DNA of 64,000 bases from an uncultured Clostridia bacterium (GCA_963931155.1 OZ006978.1:131357-195356), one strand, 5' to 3'; counted from the first letter of the stretch, positions 43,684 through 55,287 are shown. Numbers and translations: made by a program. Notes: generated by a model from the sequence alone, not told the origin.

Positions 43684-44934
43684 TTATTTTTTTCTAATTA
43701 TTTTTCTAATAACTTGTTTCGTTTTTCCATATATTTTTTCTATAAATAATTTATATTTTGTTTTTTCCTTAAACTTATAATTTCTGAACCACATTAAATC
43801 TTTTGGTGTTTCCTCTTCGCTGTAATTTTTAATAAAAACTTCTTGTGCATCTGAATAGAAATTAACATAATTATATTTTACCAATTCCATTTTAGGGCAT
43901 TTTTTCATCATTTTTCTTCTTTTTTCTTCGGTAAAATTAAAACCAAAATCATTTGGATTTCTTTTTTCAGCTATAATCTCTATGATGGTCCTATAACATT
44001 TTTCACATTCACAACAATTTTCTCCGCCAGAAGATTTCCAACACACCCTTAATGGTATATTCTTATTATTGTTTTTAGAAAATTTACAAATATTATGGAC
44101 TTTATCCTGCCTAGTAAATTCATATCCATCATGTATTATTTTACAGTTTGCATATGCCAAATAATTATCAATAGTGGGATCTGAAGCACATACAAAATTT
44201 TTAGTAGCAGGAGTACTTGAAGATGCTATATAAACAATATTCATTTTTTTCAAATATGCAATAGGTGCTATATGACCTAATATTCCTATTCCATGTTGAA
44301 AATCATGCCACCATTCTCTATTTTCTTTATTTCGTACACAATCTGATAGAGCAATTTCATTTAAAAAAGTCCTAAAATTAGTTTTAATAAACGAATATTC
44401 TAAATTATACTCTTTTGCCACTCCAATGTGATGTTCAGTTACTTTTTTCCAACCTTCTTCGTCATCTAACTTTATATCTGAACCCCATAAAGTTAATAAA
44501 ATTGGTTTTTCATTTATATGTTGAACCAGTGTATTAGTTGCATCTACTCCACCAGAAAAAAGTGTACCAACTGTTTTAGGTTCATACGTATTTTCTTCAA
44601 TCTTATTAATCTCTATCTTTCCAAGCATTGGTATCATAGGGTGCATGTTAGAATATCCATTTTTTACTTCTGGAATACATTTATAAAATTGTTCATCTAT
44701 TTCATTAACTTTAATAGTCAAATCAAATACCCAACTAATAGGAAGAATATTGCATAAAAGAGGAATAATAGCTATACTATCTGGTACATCTTCTATATTG
44801 CAGTCATATTCAATAAACATATTTTCTTTTTCATTTAAAAATTCTTTCCATTTTCCACTTAATTCATAAGAGTACTCTATTCTTCCACCAATTTTTTTTA
44901 TACTATTTATTTCTATGCAATCTGTATTATTCAT
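43684..44934 (-). CDS. PP-loop (SGGxD) ATP-pyrophosphatase-like protein with C-terminal CxxC cluster, possible N-acetyl sugar amidotransferase-like enzyme
   Basis: TLFSGGVDATNTL PP-loop-like motif; CCECEKC cluster; embedded in polysaccharide locus. Confidence 0.3.
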   Translation of the reverse strand: MNNTDCIEINSIKKIGGRIEYSYELSGKWKEFLNEKENMFIEYDCNIEDVPDSIAIIPLLCNILPISWVFDLTIKVNEIDEQFYKCIPEVKNGYSNMHPMIPMLGKIEINKIEENTYEPKTVGTLFSGGVDATNTLVQHINEKPILLTLWGSDIKLDDEEGWKKVTEHHIGVAKEYNLEYSFIKTNFRTFLNEIALSDCVRNKENREWWHDFQHGIGILGHIAPIAYLKKMNIVYIASSSTPATKNFVCASDPTIDNYLAYANCKIIHDGYEFTRQDKVHNICKFSKNNNKNIPLRVCWKSSGGENCCECEKCYRTIIEIIAEKRNPNDFGFNFTEEKRRKMMKKCPKMELVKYNYVNFYSDAQEVFIKNYSEEETPKDLMWFRNYKFKEKTKYKLFIEKIYGKTKQVIRKIIRKK

Positions 44935-46459
44935 TATTTTTCACTTTCCTTTTTATTAAATTATTTGTTATATATTTAACAGCTTCACTTTTTCTATAAA
45001 TGATAAAAAATATAATAGTTGGTATTAATACACAAATTATACATTTCAATAAAAAGCTAACATATATTTTTTCGATATTGATTATATTTGCAACTATATG
45101 AGCAATTGTTGTTATGCCAAGTAATAAAACTAATCTTTTAATATATGTAATAAAATATGGCACAGGAGATGATTTAAAATAATCTTTATAAATAACTAAA
45201 GGCTCCTTCCACCATGCATAAATCATTCTTGATATAACCGTTGCTGAAATGATACCTGCAAGTCCAAAAAAATATCCTAATAATATTGATAGTCCAATAT
45301 TAAGTACTGCTGTAACAATTGTAATATACTTAGTTTTTTTAAATACTCCCATTGTCTCACGATATGTCCATAATGATTGTCTAATATTTGAAGTATAAAA
45401 ATTAAGAACTGTCCAAATCAAAACCGAAAAACTTAAAATATACTGTTCTCCAAAGCATATATTAATAAAATCAGGTATTAATACTATAAAACAAATTGAA
45501 CAAAATGCAACTAACCAATAATTATATACTTCCAATAAATTAAACAATTTTAATTGTTCTTCTTCATTTTTTACTGCCACGAAATTTCCAACACTTGCCT
45601 TTAAAGATGTAAAAACCATAGTTAGAAATGTTGTAATAGATTGAATAATTATGCTATAGTTTGAATAATATCCTACCGTAACTGTACCCACAAATATTGA
45701 TGTAAGAATACTGTCTGTATTTGTTTGTATTATTCCTCCTATTTTGTAAAATGACAAAGAAAAAAGATTGGAAAATATTTGCTTTTTTTCTTGTTTTGAT
45801 AGCATTATTTGTTTATTTTGTTTTAAATATGGATAAATCTTATCTGCTTTTTTTGCCTTCATAATGTTACTTAAAAAAGTACATACTATATTAGAAATCA
45901 AATAACCTATAAAACTTTTCCATACTATTAATATAATAATTTGCATTATAGATAAAATAAATTGAAATATAATATCATATCTATTAATTATATACATTTT
46001 TTGATCAGCTGATAGCAATGTGGTTTTATAAATAAATAAGTATGATATTACTGAATTTGCTAATAGTAAAATATAATACAAATAAATATCCGGCATTTCA
46101 CTTGGCAAATTTACTAAATATTTTAAAAATGGTATGATTGCAATTCCTAAAACTGTAATTACTAAAGCAATTACATAATAAACTTTTCGAAAATAGTCTA
46201 TATATTCTTTTATTTTATTTTCGTCATTTTCTGCTAATGGTTTGTATAGGCTATACATTAAAGCTGTAGTTATACCCAAATCAGCCAAAGATAAAATTCC
46301 AATTACATTTGTAAATAATCCATTAACGCCTAAATATTCCTCTCCTAATAGATATACAAAGACTATTCTTACAATAAACATTAACGCAATTTTTACTATC
46401 TGTAATATAACAGCATAAATGAAATTTCTACTTGTATTTTTTATTCTAGATTGACTCAT
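44927..46459 (-). CDS. oligosaccharide flippase (Wzx, MOP superfamily polysaccharide biosynthesis protein)
   Basis: 510 aa, about 12-14 TM helices, typical Wzx N-terminal pattern. Confidence 0.75.
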   Translation of the reverse strand: MSQSRIKNTSRNFIYAVILQIVKIALMFIVRIVFVYLLGEEYLGVNGLFTNVIGILSLADLGITTALMYSLYKPLAENDENKIKEYIDYFRKVYYVIALVITVLGIAIIPFLKYLVNLPSEMPDIYLYYILLLANSVISYLFIYKTTLLSADQKMYIINRYDIIFQFILSIMQIIILIVWKSFIGYLISNIVCTFLSNIMKAKKADKIYPYLKQNKQIMLSKQEKKQIFSNLFSLSFYKIGGIIQTNTDSILTSIFVGTVTVGYYSNYSIIIQSITTFLTMVFTSLKASVGNFVAVKNEEEQLKLFNLLEVYNYWLVAFCSICFIVLIPDFINICFGEQYILSFSVLIWTVLNFYTSNIRQSLWTYRETMGVFKKTKYITIVTAVLNIGLSILLGYFFGLAGIISATVISRMIYAWWKEPLVIYKDYFKSSPVPYFITYIKRLVLLLGITTIAHIVANIINIEKIYVSFLLKCIICVLIPTIIFFIIYRKSEAVKYITNNLIKRKVKNNE

Positions 46460-46463
46460 TTAT

Positions 46464-47531
46464 CTATTCTCCCTTTTTTGAATCAGTTTCAATGTTACTT
46501 TTTATTAATTCTATTAGTGCTTTATAATTATTTTTTAATTCTTCATTATCTACTTTTTCTTTTATATTTATTAATTTATCGCTTATTTCAATCATGTTTT
46601 GATTTTCAGCTAGCATGATATAATTGGCATCTTTTATCCATTCATATACTCCTTTAACTTTATAACTCTTATTTTGTAGCACAAGACAAGTAGTATTAGA
46701 TAAATATGCGAAAACCATACCATGCAATCTATCAGTAACAACCATATTATATTGTTGGAATTGACGTATTTTTTTTTCTAGTTCTTTTTTCCTTTTTCTC
46801 TGTGTATAAATGTTTTTCTCAATAACTGTATCTGTATAATCTATTTGGAATTTGTTTTTATTTTTTAAAGTATCTTCTAATTTTTCAAAATCATATTCTA
46901 ACTTTTCCTTATCGCTTCTAATGCAAAAAAGTATATCCTTCCTTTTACTATTATCTTCTAGTTTGTCCAGATATAAAACTATATCTGGTATCAGTAAAAT
47001 TTGACATTTTTCAAATTCTTCTTTCATAAAATTATATGAATATTCTTCCCTACAACATATATATAAATTTTTATGAGATTGATAAATCTCTTTTGATTCC
47101 TTTAATACACGTTGTCCCTCTTCATCGTTTGAAAAATAAGCTGTTTGTGGAAATACTATAATATTATTATCTTTAAATGTCTTTAATAATGTTCTAAACA
47201 TTTCCTCTTCTTTAATCCATAATGACCCCAAAAAGCCTCCACCATGAACTAAAATTAAAGAGTCGTTTGCCAATTTTTTTAATATTTTGTTAAATCTTCT
47301 TACAATGCTAGATTCAACTTCAATAATTTTATGTTCTTTAAAATTATCTTTTAAAAATTTTTCTTCTCCCAATAAGATGGCTTGATCTCCTAAATTTCCA
47401 TGTGTAGGAATTCCAAAAAGAAACAATTTGTTCTTATAAAATAGGCTACAAAATATTATTCTAATTACCATTAAAAATTTACTAAAAACATCTATAATTT
47501 TTCTTATTACTCGCTTTATTAATTTTATCAT
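46464..47531 (-). CDS. polysaccharide pyruvyl transferase
   Basis: GNLGDQAI motif and PS_pyruv_trans fold features. Confidence 0.7.
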   Translation of the reverse strand: MIKLIKRVIRKIIDVFSKFLMVIRIIFCSLFYKNKLFLFGIPTHGNLGDQAILLGEEKFLKDNFKEHKIIEVESSIVRRFNKILKKLANDSLILVHGGGFLGSLWIKEEEMFRTLLKTFKDNNIIVFPQTAYFSNDEEGQRVLKESKEIYQSHKNLYICCREEYSYNFMKEEFEKCQILLIPDIVLYLDKLEDNSKRKDILFCIRSDKEKLEYDFEKLEDTLKNKNKFQIDYTDTVIEKNIYTQRKRKKELEKKIRQFQQYNMVVTDRLHGMVFAYLSNTTCLVLQNKSYKVKGVYEWIKDANYIMLAENQNMIEISDKLINIKEKVDNEELKNNYKALIELIKSNIETDSKKGE

Positions 47532-48541
47532 TATTTACCTCTTTTTATTGCTCTTTTCAAAAAATTAAACATAATAATACTAAATTCATATATATTACCA
47601 TTTCCAAATAATAACGTCAGAGCTATTCTTGTTTTTCTATCTATTAATTTATTATTTTTGTATGTTTTTTTATGTTTTTTTATATCATCAATAATAGTTA
47701 TTCTTTCTTTTTCTTTAAATTTATCTCTAATCATATTATTTAAAATATTAATCTTCGTTATAATTTCATAGCACTGTATTTCTTCATCTAATTTTATTTT
47801 TTTATCTTTGAAAAATTTTTTTGTCTCGTCTATCGCATCAAGAATATCTAATCTTTTTTTGTTAAATTTTTGTCCCATAATACTATTGTTTCTTTGCAAA
47901 TAATAATATAATTCATCTGAAATCATCGCTATCTTTTTAGAATAGTAATATAGTTTATATGTTGTAAAATTATCTTCATGATATCTTCCTACAGGAAAAT
48001 ATATGTTATTGTCTTTAAATAGTTCAATTTTATAAAGTTTATTCCATGTCATAACTTCAGTATTTTGTTCTTTACAAAATATATCTTTAAGTGCTTCTAT
48101 ATTATTATAAATTTTATTTTCTTTTTCTTTTCTTTTCCATGTGTTATCTTCTTCATCTATATAGAAAAAATCACACACACTAATATCAGAATCATTGTCT
48201 ACCATACTTTCTAATAATAATTTCACATAATCTGGATGAACAAAGTCATCACTATCAACAAAGCATATATATTGTCCTTTAGCATTATCAATACCAGTAT
48301 TTCTAGCAGCTGATAGCCCCTGATTAAGTTGAGAAATGATTTTAATTCTATTATCTTCTTTAGCTTTTCTCTCTGCTATGATTAAGCTATTGTCTTTGCT
48401 CCCGTCATTTATTACAAGTATTTCAATATTTTTATATGTTTGATTAATTAAACTATCTAGACACTTTTCTATATATTTTTCTACGTTATACATTGGTACA
48501 ACTATGGTTACTAAAAAATTATTTTCCATTATCCTCACCAA
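47531..48541 (-). CDS. family 2 glycosyltransferase
   Basis: VVPMYNVEKYIEKCLDSLINQTY...LVINDGSKD, DxD. Confidence 0.85.
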   Translation of the reverse strand: MVRIMENNFLVTIVVPMYNVEKYIEKCLDSLINQTYKNIEILVINDGSKDNSLIIAERKAKEDNRIKIISQLNQGLSAARNTGIDNAKGQYICFVDSDDFVHPDYVKLLLESMVDNDSDISVCDFFYIDEEDNTWKRKEKENKIYNNIEALKDIFCKEQNTEVMTWNKLYKIELFKDNNIYFPVGRYHEDNFTTYKLYYYSKKIAMISDELYYYLQRNNSIMGQKFNKKRLDILDAIDETKKFFKDKKIKLDEEIQCYEIITKINILNNMIRDKFKEKERITIIDDIKKHKKTYKNNKLIDRKTRIALTLLFGNGNIYEFSIIMFNFLKRAIKRGK

Positions 48542-48556
48542 TTTAATTTTATTGTT

Positions 48557-49642
48557 TTATTCAATCTTATTTTCAGTAAAAAAGTCAAGAGAAAAATTAT
48601 TACTCATAAATTTGCTATTTTGTACTGAAACTATATTTTTAACTATTAGCACTATTAATATTATATATATAAATATCTCAGCAAATAGCTTTAATTCCTT
48701 CGTATTTATTTCTTTAATAAATGTAACGAAGAGCAAGCATAAGAATATTAAAAATATATAACTAACTCTTATAGCATATCCACTATTTATTGTTGCAAAA
48801 AAGGTAATAAAATATATAAATTGACCTTTTTCCAAAAAAGCATTTTTGGGTTCTTGATTGTTTTTCATTATTACACACTGTATTATATAAACTGCTAAAT
48901 AGAAATAATGAGTAATGCCGCTTCCCGCAAACGCCTTTCCTTCTTCTTCTAATACATATGCTCCATATTTTAAGTTCTGAGCAATTAATTTTATGACATT
49001 ATTAATTATTCCTGTTTCTCCTAATATCAAAACTAATATTGGTATTGTGATTTTAATTCTATAATCAATTTTAACCTTATCCATAAAAATAGGTAGGATA
49101 AATAATACTATAATTGTTGAATTATGAAATAGTGCAGAAACAAGTATCCATATAATACTTGGTTTATATTTTTTTTCACTGAATAATACCATTCCATACA
49201 AAGCTATTGCTATTGCTAGGAATTGTCTCATTACTGTCATATATGTAAAAAATGCCATTCCTAAAAAGAACATAATAAAAATAGATAATTCTTTTTTACT
49301 AAGTTCAAGCTTTTTTAAGAATAATCCTAAGAAAGTAAATGTTAATGACGAATATAATAAAAATACAGCTTTATAATTCAAGTGTAGAAATCCAAATATT
49401 CTACATATTACCTTAAAAATCATTTCTACGTTTTGGTAATGTACATTAACCTTTTCTAATGATTCGGAAAAGGTTGAGAAAATATATATATAATTCAAAT
49501 CATCTACTGCCAAATTATCTCTTATTCCAAAAAAGATGGCAAAAGTAACCATTAATAATACCAGTCCATATTTTTTAAAATATTGTTTTGGAATAAGAAA
49601 TATTGCTCCTATACAAATAAATAGTATAATATACGCTATCAC
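48557..49642 (-). CDS. polysaccharide polymerase (Wzy/EpsG family) membrane protein
   Basis: 361 aa with about 10 TM helices, EpsG-like organisation, between GT genes. Confidence 0.6.
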   Translation of the reverse strand: MIAYIILFICIGAIFLIPKQYFKKYGLVLLMVTFAIFFGIRDNLAVDDLNYIYIFSTFSESLEKVNVHYQNVEMIFKVICRIFGFLHLNYKAVFLLYSSLTFTFLGLFLKKLELSKKELSIFIMFFLGMAFFTYMTVMRQFLAIAIALYGMVLFSEKKYKPSIIWILVSALFHNSTIIVLFILPIFMDKVKIDYRIKITIPILVLILGETGIINNVIKLIAQNLKYGAYVLEEEGKAFAGSGITHYFYLAVYIIQCVIMKNNQEPKNAFLEKGQFIYFITFFATINSGYAIRVSYIFLIFLCLLFVTFIKEINTKELKLFAEIFIYIILIVLIVKNIVSVQNSKFMSNNFSLDFFTENKIE

Positions 49643-49677
49643 TTTTGTTTCCTCTCATATAAATTTTATTTTCCTGT

Positions 49678-50658
49678 TTAAGCTTTTACTTTTATGTACA
49701 TAGCCATTAATCTACCTACTATTTTAAAACCAAATAGCTTATATACATAGTAGACTATTTTAACTTTTTTACTTATCCCTTTTGTAAATAAATATTCGTA
49801 TTCTTTTACTTTTGTTATTATTTTTCTTCGTTCATTTTTGGGTAATGTATATAACAAACCAACAACTATTGAATATTCATATTGTACAAAATTGAATAAA
49901 TACTTTTTTAGTTCTACTGATTCAATTTCTTGTATTCTATCATTCCATTTTATAACAAAATTCATTGTATCATCAACTCTTTTTAAACTGCAAGAGTGAG
50001 TTGCTGAAGATTGATTTTGCCTATATACATAAAATGGTTTTTCTATGAAAACAATCTTTTCTGCTTTTAAAAAAAGTTGAAGCATACAATCCATATCTTC
50101 AGTATATTTTACATTTGCATCTAATAATATATTATTATCAAAAAATAAATTTCTTTTAATTATATTGCAGCATAATGATGGATTAAAATTGTTAGTTTCA
50201 AATAATTTTATTAAGTTCTCGGGGAAATCATATTCTTTTAAATTTAATGTAGTTCTTACTTTTTTACTTTTTGCTTGATTATTCTTTGATTTCACAAAAT
50301 CACCAGCAAAAATATCTACTTCCCTGTTTTTTTTGATTTTATTAATTATTTGAAGCAAAGTATCTTTTATAATCCAATCATCGCCATCTACAAATAATAT
50401 ATAATCTCCTATAGCTCTTTTTAACCCATTGTTTCTTGCAACTGATACACCTGCATTGTCTTGATAAAAGTACTTAATGTAACTATATTTTTCACAATAA
50501 CTATTACATATTTCTTTAGTTTTATCCTTTGAACCATCATCTATCAAAATAATTTCCACATTTTCTCTTATCTGAGAAACTATGCTGTCCAAGCAATAAG
50601 ATATGTATTGCTCTAAATTATACATTGGGATAATAATACTTAATAATATCTCGTTCAT
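49678..50658 (-). CDS. family 2 glycosyltransferase
   Basis: IIIPMYNLEQYISYCLDSIVSQ...ILIDDGSKD. Confidence 0.85.
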   Translation of the reverse strand: MNEILLSIIIPMYNLEQYISYCLDSIVSQIRENVEIILIDDGSKDKTKEICNSYCEKYSYIKYFYQDNAGVSVARNNGLKRAIGDYILFVDGDDWIIKDTLLQIINKIKKNREVDIFAGDFVKSKNNQAKSKKVRTTLNLKEYDFPENLIKLFETNNFNPSLCCNIIKRNLFFDNNILLDANVKYTEDMDCMLQLFLKAEKIVFIEKPFYVYRQNQSSATHSCSLKRVDDTMNFVIKWNDRIQEIESVELKKYLFNFVQYEYSIVVGLLYTLPKNERRKIITKVKEYEYLFTKGISKKVKIVYYVYKLFGFKIVGRLMAMYIKVKA

Positions 50659-50660
50659 TT

Positions 50661-51761
50661 TTAACCTTCCAAATATATTCTTTTCATATCTTCTTGTACG
50701 TTTTTTATATCAAATTTATCTAACTCGATTTTAGAAATGTGATGCAAATCAGCTTTATTTTCTTTTATTTGTAGTATCCTGTCTATTAACATTTCTTCAT
50801 CATTTACAATAAAGCCATCTTTTTCATCTTTTATCAAGTCTCTATTTCCTCTGCAATCAGTTACAACAGCTGGAATTCCTGTTGCCAATCCTTCCATTAC
50901 ATTTACAGGTAATCCTTCTTGTTTAGAAGTAGAAACTAATAAATTTGATATTTTTAATAGTTCTGGTACATCTTTTCTATATCCTAAAAAAGACACATTG
51001 TTTTCTAGCTTTTTATTATGTACAATATCTTGTAGTTTGCCATTTAAAGAATCTCCACCAACCAATAATAACTTTATAGATGAATCCTTATTAATTAGTT
51101 TAACCATAGCATTTAATAGCATTTCTTGATTTTTCCTTTTAGAAAGCTCTGCAACATAAATCATTATAAAGTCAGTATCTTTTAAACCAATACTTTTTCT
51201 TAAAGCATGTTTTTCTTCATTACTTATTTTTGAATCAAATTTGTTTATATCTACTCCCACACCATTAACAAGTTCAACTTTTTTAGCTTTAAATTTCTTC
51301 TTAGCTAATTCATAGTCTTCTTTATTAATTGTTATTAAACAATCAGTACATTTTGACAATGATTTCTCAATTGGATAAAATACTAACCAATTTAAAAGTG
51401 GTGCTCCTTTATAAAAGTGGAATCCATGAGCAGTATATATGACTCTTGTATTATATTTTTTTCTTGCCTTCTTTGATGCGAGTCTGGTTACAACACTTCC
51501 CATCGGTGTATGACAATGTATTATTTCGAATTTTTCTTCATCAATAATTTTCTTTAGTTGCCTTATTGCTTTTAAATTATTTATTTTTATGGGACTTCTT
51601 TCGAAACTTACTAAATGTTTTTTGTCACAATATGGTATCTCTTCTTTTCCATTGGTAGCAACATGTACCTCATATCCTTGTTCTTTAAAAAATTTTAAAT
51701 ATGGAATATGAAATTGTAATATATGTGAATCTACTGTTGCTGTAAATAATACTTTTTTCAC
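50661..51761 (-). CDS. family 4 glycosyltransferase (GT-B)
   Basis: C-terminal EGLPVNVMEGLATGIPAVVTD E-x7-E motif. Confidence 0.85.
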   Translation of the reverse strand: MKKVLFTATVDSHILQFHIPYLKFFKEQGYEVHVATNGKEEIPYCDKKHLVSFERSPIKINNLKAIRQLKKIIDEEKFEIIHCHTPMGSVVTRLASKKARKKYNTRVIYTAHGFHFYKGAPLLNWLVFYPIEKSLSKCTDCLITINKEDYELAKKKFKAKKVELVNGVGVDINKFDSKISNEEKHALRKSIGLKDTDFIMIYVAELSKRKNQEMLLNAMVKLINKDSSIKLLLVGGDSLNGKLQDIVHNKKLENNVSFLGYRKDVPELLKISNLLVSTSKQEGLPVNVMEGLATGIPAVVTDCRGNRDLIKDEKDGFIVNDEEMLIDRILQIKENKADLHHISKIELDKFDIKNVQEDMKRIYLEG

Positions 51762-51785
51762 ATTATTCCTCCTACATATTTTTTC

Positions 51786-52796
51786 TTAAATATTAGTTTC
51801 TTTCTCAATATAGTTCCATGAATCTCTACACATATCTTCTAAAGTTTTTTCTGCTTTCCATCCTAGTTCTTTTTCTGCTTTTGTAGAATCAGCATAACAA
51901 ACATCTATGTCTCCTTCTCTTCTTGGAGCTATTTTATAAGGTACATTTTTTCCGGTTGCTCTCTCAAATGCCTCTATCATGTCCAGTACACTATATCCTT
52001 TTCCTGTACCCAAATTATATATAAATAATCCGCTTTCTTCTTTTAGTAACTTTTTTAAAGCATTAACATGTCCTTTAGCTAAATCTACCACATGAATGTA
52101 ATCTCTTACTCCAGTTCCATCTTTAGTTTTATAGTCATTTCCAAACACAGATAATTCAGATAGTTGTCCGTTTGCTACTCTTACAATGTAAGGCATTAAA
52201 TTATTTGGAATCCCATTTGGCTCTTCTCCTAACTCTCCGCTTTCATGAGAACCTACAGGATTAAAATATCTTAAAATACATATATCCCAAGTGTTATCTG
52301 AATGATATAAATCTTTTAATATACGTTCAATAAATAACTTGGATGTACCATATGGATTTGTTGTTCCTCCTATTTTGCAATCTTCTGTTAATGGTACTTT
52401 CTCAGGTTTTCCATATACTGTTGCTGATGAACTAAAAATAATTTTTTTGCAATCGAATTTTTGCATTGTTTGTAATAAAGTAATTGCTCCAGAAACATTA
52501 TTATAATAATAATTTAGTGGTTCTTTTACAGACTCTCCAACTGCTTTAAATCCTGCAAAATTTATAACAACATCAATATTATTTTCTTGAAATATTTTTT
52601 CTAAATCTTCTCTATTTGTATAATCAATTTGATAAAATTCAAAATCTTTTTTTGTGATTTTTTTTATTTTATCTATTACATTTGGTTTGCTGTTAGAAAA
52701 GTTATCTATTACTATAATTTCTTGTCCATCATTCAATAATTCTACTACTGTATGACTACCTATATACCCTGCTCCACCAGTTACTAAAATTGACAT
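51786..52796 (-). CDS. galE: UDP-glucose 4-epimerase
   Basis: ILVTGGAGYIGSH, YxxxK SDR catalytic motif, 336 aa. Confidence 0.9.
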   Translation of the reverse strand: MSILVTGGAGYIGSHTVVELLNDGQEIIVIDNFSNSKPNVIDKIKKITKKDFEFYQIDYTNREDLEKIFQENNIDVVINFAGFKAVGESVKEPLNYYYNNVSGAITLLQTMQKFDCKKIIFSSSATVYGKPEKVPLTEDCKIGGTTNPYGTSKLFIERILKDLYHSDNTWDICILRYFNPVGSHESGELGEEPNGIPNNLMPYIVRVANGQLSELSVFGNDYKTKDGTGVRDYIHVVDLAKGHVNALKKLLKEESGLFIYNLGTGKGYSVLDMIEAFERATGKNVPYKIAPRREGDIDVCYADSTKAEKELGWKAEKTLEDMCRDSWNYIEKETNI

Positions 52797-53028
52797 TTTC
52801 GCAAATTCTCCCTTTTATATTTTATTCATCAATTCTTTGTCATTATATAACAAGATTTATTCTTTTTCAACATTTTTTTCATTTTATATTAGTTTATTTA
52901 ATTGCAAAAGAATTTCCACTTCTACTTTGTTTAAAATTTACTTTTTTATTAAATTTGTTTCCATATTATAATATTTTTTTCTTGGTTTTTATCTAAATCT
53001 GTGGTAAAATAGTTAAAGTTTATTAATT

Positions 53029-54255
53029 ATGGAAGGAATGATGTTGATGTCAAAAATTTTTGAAGAATTAATGGAAAGAGGTTATATTGAACAAATAACT
53101 CATGAAGAATTAAAAGATGTATTAGATAATAGCCATATTCCATTCTATATAGGCTTTGACCCAACAGCTGATAGTTTACACGTTGGACATTTTGTTTCAA
53201 TGATGGTTGCAAGCCATATGCAAAAAGCTGGACATAAACCAATAATCTTAATTGGTGGTGGTACTGCTACTATTGGAGATCCATCTGGAAAAACAGATAT
53301 GAGAAGAATGATGTCTAGAGAAGAAATTAATCATAATGTTGAATGTTTTAAAAAACAACTTTCTAAGTTTATAAATTTTGAAGGTGAAAATGGAGCAATT
53401 ATAGTTAATAATGCTGATTGGTTATTAAAACTTAATTTTGTTGAGTTTATGAGAGATATAGGTTCACTATTCTCTGTAAATAAAATGCTATCTGCAGAAT
53501 GTTATAAACAAAGAATGGAAAGAGGTTTAACATTTTTTGAATTAAGTTACATGCTTATGCAATCTTATGACTTTTTACATTTATATAATACATATGGTTG
53601 TAAACTTCAAATGGGTGGTAATGATCAATGGTCAAACATTTTAGGTGGTGTTGACCTAATAAGAAGAATTGGTCATTCAGATTCTTTTGGTTTAACATTT
53701 AAACTTCTTACTACAAAAGAAGGAAAGAAAATGGGTAAAACTGAAAAAGGTGCATTATGGTTAGATGCAAAAAAAACATCTCCATATGAATTTTATCAAT
53801 ATTGGAGAAATATTGATGATGCAGATGTAAAAACAGTATTATCACTTCTTACTTTCTTGCCAATGGATGAAGTAAATAGATTAGCTAGTTTGAAAGATGA
53901 ACAAATAAACGAAGCTAAGAAAGTTGCCGCATTTGAAATTACAAAATTAATTCATGGCGAGGAAGAAGCAAAAAAGGCTGAAGAAGCCTCAAAAGCATTG
54001 TTTGAAGGCCAAGGTTCTTTAGAGAATATGCCTACAACAAAAATTGATGGAAATATATCTATATTAGAAGCAATAATAACAGCTGGAATGGCTCCATCAA
54101 AAGGACAAGCAAGAACATTAATTAATCAAGGTGGTATTACTTTGAATGATGAAAAAGTTAATGATGTAAATTATGTTTTAGAGGATAAAGATTTTAAAGA
54201 TGGATATGCTATTTTAAGAAAAGGAAAAAAAGTATACCATAAGTTAGAAAAATAA
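53029..54255 (+). CDS. tyrS: tyrosine--tRNA ligase
   Basis: HVGH and KMGKT (KMSKS) class I motifs, C-terminal S4 domain; likely true start ATG at 53047 (GGAAGGA SD). Confidence 0.93.
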   Translation: MEGMMLMSKIFEELMERGYIEQITHEELKDVLDNSHIPFYIGFDPTADSLHVGHFVSMMVASHMQKAGHKPIILIGGGTATIGDPSGKTDMRRMMSREEINHNVECFKKQLSKFINFEGENGAIIVNNADWLLKLNFVEFMRDIGSLFSVNKMLSAECYKQRMERGLTFFELSYMLMQSYDFLHLYNTYGCKLQMGGNDQWSNILGGVDLIRRIGHSDSFGLTFKLLTTKEGKKMGKTEKGALWLDAKKTSPYEFYQYWRNIDDADVKTVLSLLTFLPMDEVNRLASLKDEQINEAKKVAAFEITKLIHGEEEAKKAEEASKALFEGQGSLENMPTTKIDGNISILEAIITAGMAPSKGQARTLINQGGITLNDEKVNDVNYVLEDKDFKDGYAILRKGKKVYHKLEK

Positions 54256-54273
54256 TTTTAGTAGCTGTAATTT

Positions 54274-54350
54274 AAAAAAGGATACATTCCCAAAATAACA
54301 TTAAATTCATTATCAAATTGAAAATGTTGTTTGGAAATGTATCCTTTTTA
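54274..54350. terminator. bidirectional terminator between convergent tyrS and RhuM-like gene
   Basis: AAAAAAGGATACATTCC ... GGAAATGTATCCTTTTT with nested inner stem. Confidence 0.55.
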
Positions 54351-54397
54351 ACTACTTTGTAATTATTTTATCTCAACTGCCTATGTAACATTTCAGA

Positions 54398-55267
54398 CTA
54401 GTTTTCACTACTTTCTATTAATTTGTCAAAATCAGATTTATATAGTTTATCTTGCACAACTCTATATTTTTCAAATTCCATCAATGCTTTTTCTTTTGCT
54501 ATTTCATGTGATATTTTTCCAGCATCTTTTAACACATCTCTATCATCCGATAGTAAATATTTATCTATTCTATTTGCCCAGTCTTCCATTGTCATTGGAA
54601 TATTTCTTTTTGCTCTTGCCTCTGCTAAATCTAAGAAAGCTGAAACAATTGCTGTTTGATGAGTTACTGCATAGTGCATCTTATTTTGGACTTTTTTAAA
54701 AAATTTGATTGTTGTAGGAGACTTACTATCATAATCAATAGATGTTGCATAAATATCTGTTATTTTTTGATAAAATCTTCTCTCTGACAACCTTATTTCT
54801 CTAATTTCCGCAAGTAATGATTCGAAATAATCTTCGTCAAAAAATGTTCCATTTTTCATTCTTTTTTTATCTATAATATATCCTTTTTTTGAGAACTCTT
54901 TTAATACATTTGTTGCCCATCTTCTAAATTGAATTGCTCTGTCTGTACTTACTCTATAGCCAACAGAGATTACTGCATCTAAATTATAATACTTTACTTT
55001 TCTTGTTACTTGTCTATTTCCTTCTTGTTGAACTACCGAGAATTCCTCGGTAGTTGAATTTCTATCTAATTCTAAATCATTATAAATATTTTTTAAATGT
55101 AATCCAACATTATCTGATGAACAATCATACAATTTTCCCATTGCTTTTTGAGTTAACCACAAGTCTCCATCTTCAAAACGAACTTCAATTCCGCTTTCTT
55201 TTTTCTGTTGTTCAAATATAAGAAATTCCGCCGAACCACTTCTTATATATAAATCTTTATCACTCAT
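54398..55267 (-). CDS. RhuM-family protein, paralog with about 63-aa in-frame internal deletion
   Basis: Collinear with 7423-8481 (WLTQKAM, YYNLDAVISVGYRV, FYQKITDIYATSIDYD, KVQNKMHYA) but lacks the segment equivalent to GNTAAEII...VSAYLD. Confidence 0.7.
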   Translation of the reverse strand: MSDKDLYIRSGSAEFLIFEQQKKESGIEVRFEDGDLWLTQKAMGKLYDCSSDNVGLHLKNIYNDLELDRNSTTEEFSVVQQEGNRQVTRKVKYYNLDAVISVGYRVSTDRAIQFRRWATNVLKEFSKKGYIIDKKRMKNGTFFDEDYFESLLAEIREIRLSERRFYQKITDIYATSIDYDSKSPTTIKFFKKVQNKMHYAVTHQTAIVSAFLDLAEARAKRNIPMTMEDWANRIDKYLLSDDRDVLKDAGKISHEIAKEKALMEFEKYRVVQDKLYKSDFDKLIESSEN

Positions 55268-55287
55268 TTATTGATTCACCTCTTATT

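Noticed and set aside
52797-53028. Possible T-box leader upstream of tyrS
   Set aside because: The 230-nt region lacks the conserved T-box sequence and specifier/antiterminator architecture; only a TGgTAAAAT extended -10-like promoter was seen
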